Of a stretch of 64,000 nt of DNA, positions 62,485 to 64,000 are shown in pieces. Within the stretch, counting starts at the first letter, position 1, and every line of letters begins with the position of its first letter. Source of the DNA: Chiloscyllium plagiosum (Eukaryota); NCBI RefSeq assembly GCF_004010195.1, contig NC_057719.1:82531417-82595416 (forward strand). The letters are read 5' to 3'. The position numbers were made by a program, and so were the translations under genes. Below the pieces are notes generated by a model. It was given only the letters and a program-made list of their open reading frames with translations. It had not been told where the DNA came from and did no database searches.

Positions 62485-62975
62485 TTCATATGTTTCCCAC
62501 TTCAGATCATCATCCATATAACAAGATGCACTGTAGCAGCTCAGAGGCTCCTTCGATGTATCACCCAAACGGAACACCGAAACCATCTTCTGTGGTTGTT
62601 ATTACTCCAATCAGGAGAGAGTTTCCCCCATTTCCTAGTTTTGTTCAGTCTCCTTGATGCCAAGCTGTCAAATGTGACTTTGCTGTCAAGGTCAATGGCT
62701 CTCATCTCACCCCCGAAATTAATTCTTTTGTCCATATTTGAAGCAAGATTATAATGACAGCAGGAGCTGAATGCTCCTAGCAGAAACCAAACTGAATGAT
62801 AATGAGTAGGTTATTGCTGAGCAAATGCTGCTTGATAACACCATTGATAAACACTTCTATCACTTTACTGATGAACAAGAGTAGACTGATGAGGCAGTTA
62901 TTCAATGGGTTGAATTTGTACTGATTTTTGTGTGTAGGACGTATCTGGGCAATTTTCTATGTTGTTGGGGTTGGT
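62485..62975. mobile_element. Fragments of the second LINE family
   Basis: Minus ORF EMRAIDLDSKVTFDS (62541-62735), cf. LDIKVVFDQ; a short plus-strand piece caagatgcactgtagcagctc precedes it. Confidence 0.65.
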
Positions 62976-63470
62976 GCAAATTATAGACATATGGCACATG
63001 AAATGCACATTTTATGTCCGTGTTAGACTTGTATTTTGATTTTTTAGTTTTTTTTGTTTCTTAATTTTAGTGAGGAAATACTGTTTAGCTATAACTATAA
63101 ACCTCTCAGGATTGGATGACATTCTCACTTTTCTCTCCCAAATCAGAATGACAAAACAGAAATTGTGTATCTTTGCTTGATGCTCTCTCTTTCCATTTGC
63201 TGTATAGATAATAGGAATGTACTGCAGGCACAGTAGAGAATGGCAGAAAAGGATAAGGGCATACTGGGAAGCAGGTTTTAGGGAGATGTTCCTGGTATGG
63301 GAACGCGATAGAGCCTGATAGTGTGGAAATTGATTGTGAGCCATATAGCAAAGATGACCATCTACAGAGAATAGCAGCAGGAGGCAGTGGCATGGCATGG
63401 AGGAGGGAGTAGTGAATGATAGTGCCTTTTGAGCCAATATCAGTCAGGTCAGAAGGGCACTTTGGACTAA

Positions 63471-63514
63471 ATCAAGATGGAATAAGAGAAGCATCAAGAT
63501 GGAATAAGAGAAGC
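63471..63514 (+). repeat. 22-bp tandem duplication
   Basis: atcaagatggaataagagaagc twice. Confidence 0.9.
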
Positions 63515-64000
63515 ACAAAGATCGGAAGAGGAAAGAAAGAAACTGAAATGAAAAGTTGGCACAACAAATGAGGATACAATGGAGGCTAATAGAATGTACA
63601 CAAACACGTAATAAATGTTATGCAAGTGCTACTAATCATATATTGAAGCCTTGTATCTTTTCCGCATACATTGTTTAGTCTTTCTATCTACATATGCAAC
63701 TGAAGCCATGTTGCTTTCATTGTGTGTTTTATTGATTGGTTGCAAGTTAGCCGCCAGTAAATCCAAACCGAAGCAAGCAGTACACCCAGCAAAGCAAGAA
63801 AACGTAGTTCAGAAAACTACCAAGGATTGACGAAACTTAGAATCAGCCAACATAAGACCATAGATCACAAGCTATAGAAGCAGAATTAGGCTATTTGATT
63901 CAATGGGTCTACTCTGCAACTTGATCATAGAACATGGAATCCCTACAGTACAGAAGAGGCCATTTGGCCTTTCAAATCTGCACTGACTGTCCAAACAGCA

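Noticed and set aside
63012-63437. 141-aa minus-strand ORF downstream of MGA
   Set aside because: Non-ATG start, no domain or splice support, low-complexity end.
1-64000. Prokaryotic-type systems (CRISPR, operons, retrons)
   Set aside because: The window is a spliced vertebrate gene; there are no repeat-spacer arrays, and all RT fragments belong to decayed retrotransposons.

Overview
Eukaryotic vertebrate DNA. The repeat content (HE1-like SINEs, CR1 LINEs, Penelope-like elements) points to a cartilaginous fish, probably a shark; this is an inference. The window holds the 3' portion of an MGA (MAX gene-associated, T-box/bHLH-zip) gene on the + strand. I traced 13 coding exons from 6876 to the stop at 61081. 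All have AG/GT boundaries and mutually consistent phases, giving about 1830 codons including the bHLH-zipper; the T-box exons lie upstream of the window. The introns are almost entirely decayed transposons: a Ty3/Gypsy remnant with one LTR, many CR1 LINEs, a second APE-RT LINE family, Penelope-like fragments, tRNA-derived SINEs, a pogo/Tigger-like MITE and a probable Harbinger remnant. There are two N gaps. The most interesting observations are: (1) a LINE whose 5' end looks like a tRNA/Deu-type SINE fused directly to the endonuclease-RT ORF with no ORF1; (2) Penelope termini with hammerhead-ribozyme cores, including short foldback units inserted with target-site duplications; (3) a twin-priming-type inverted CR1; (4) a tRNA-Phe/SINE composite insertion; (5) a duplicated DHxY motif and CtBP-like motifs in MGA. 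No new protein-coding system is evident. Family names and human MGA comparisons come from recalled sequences, not database searches.
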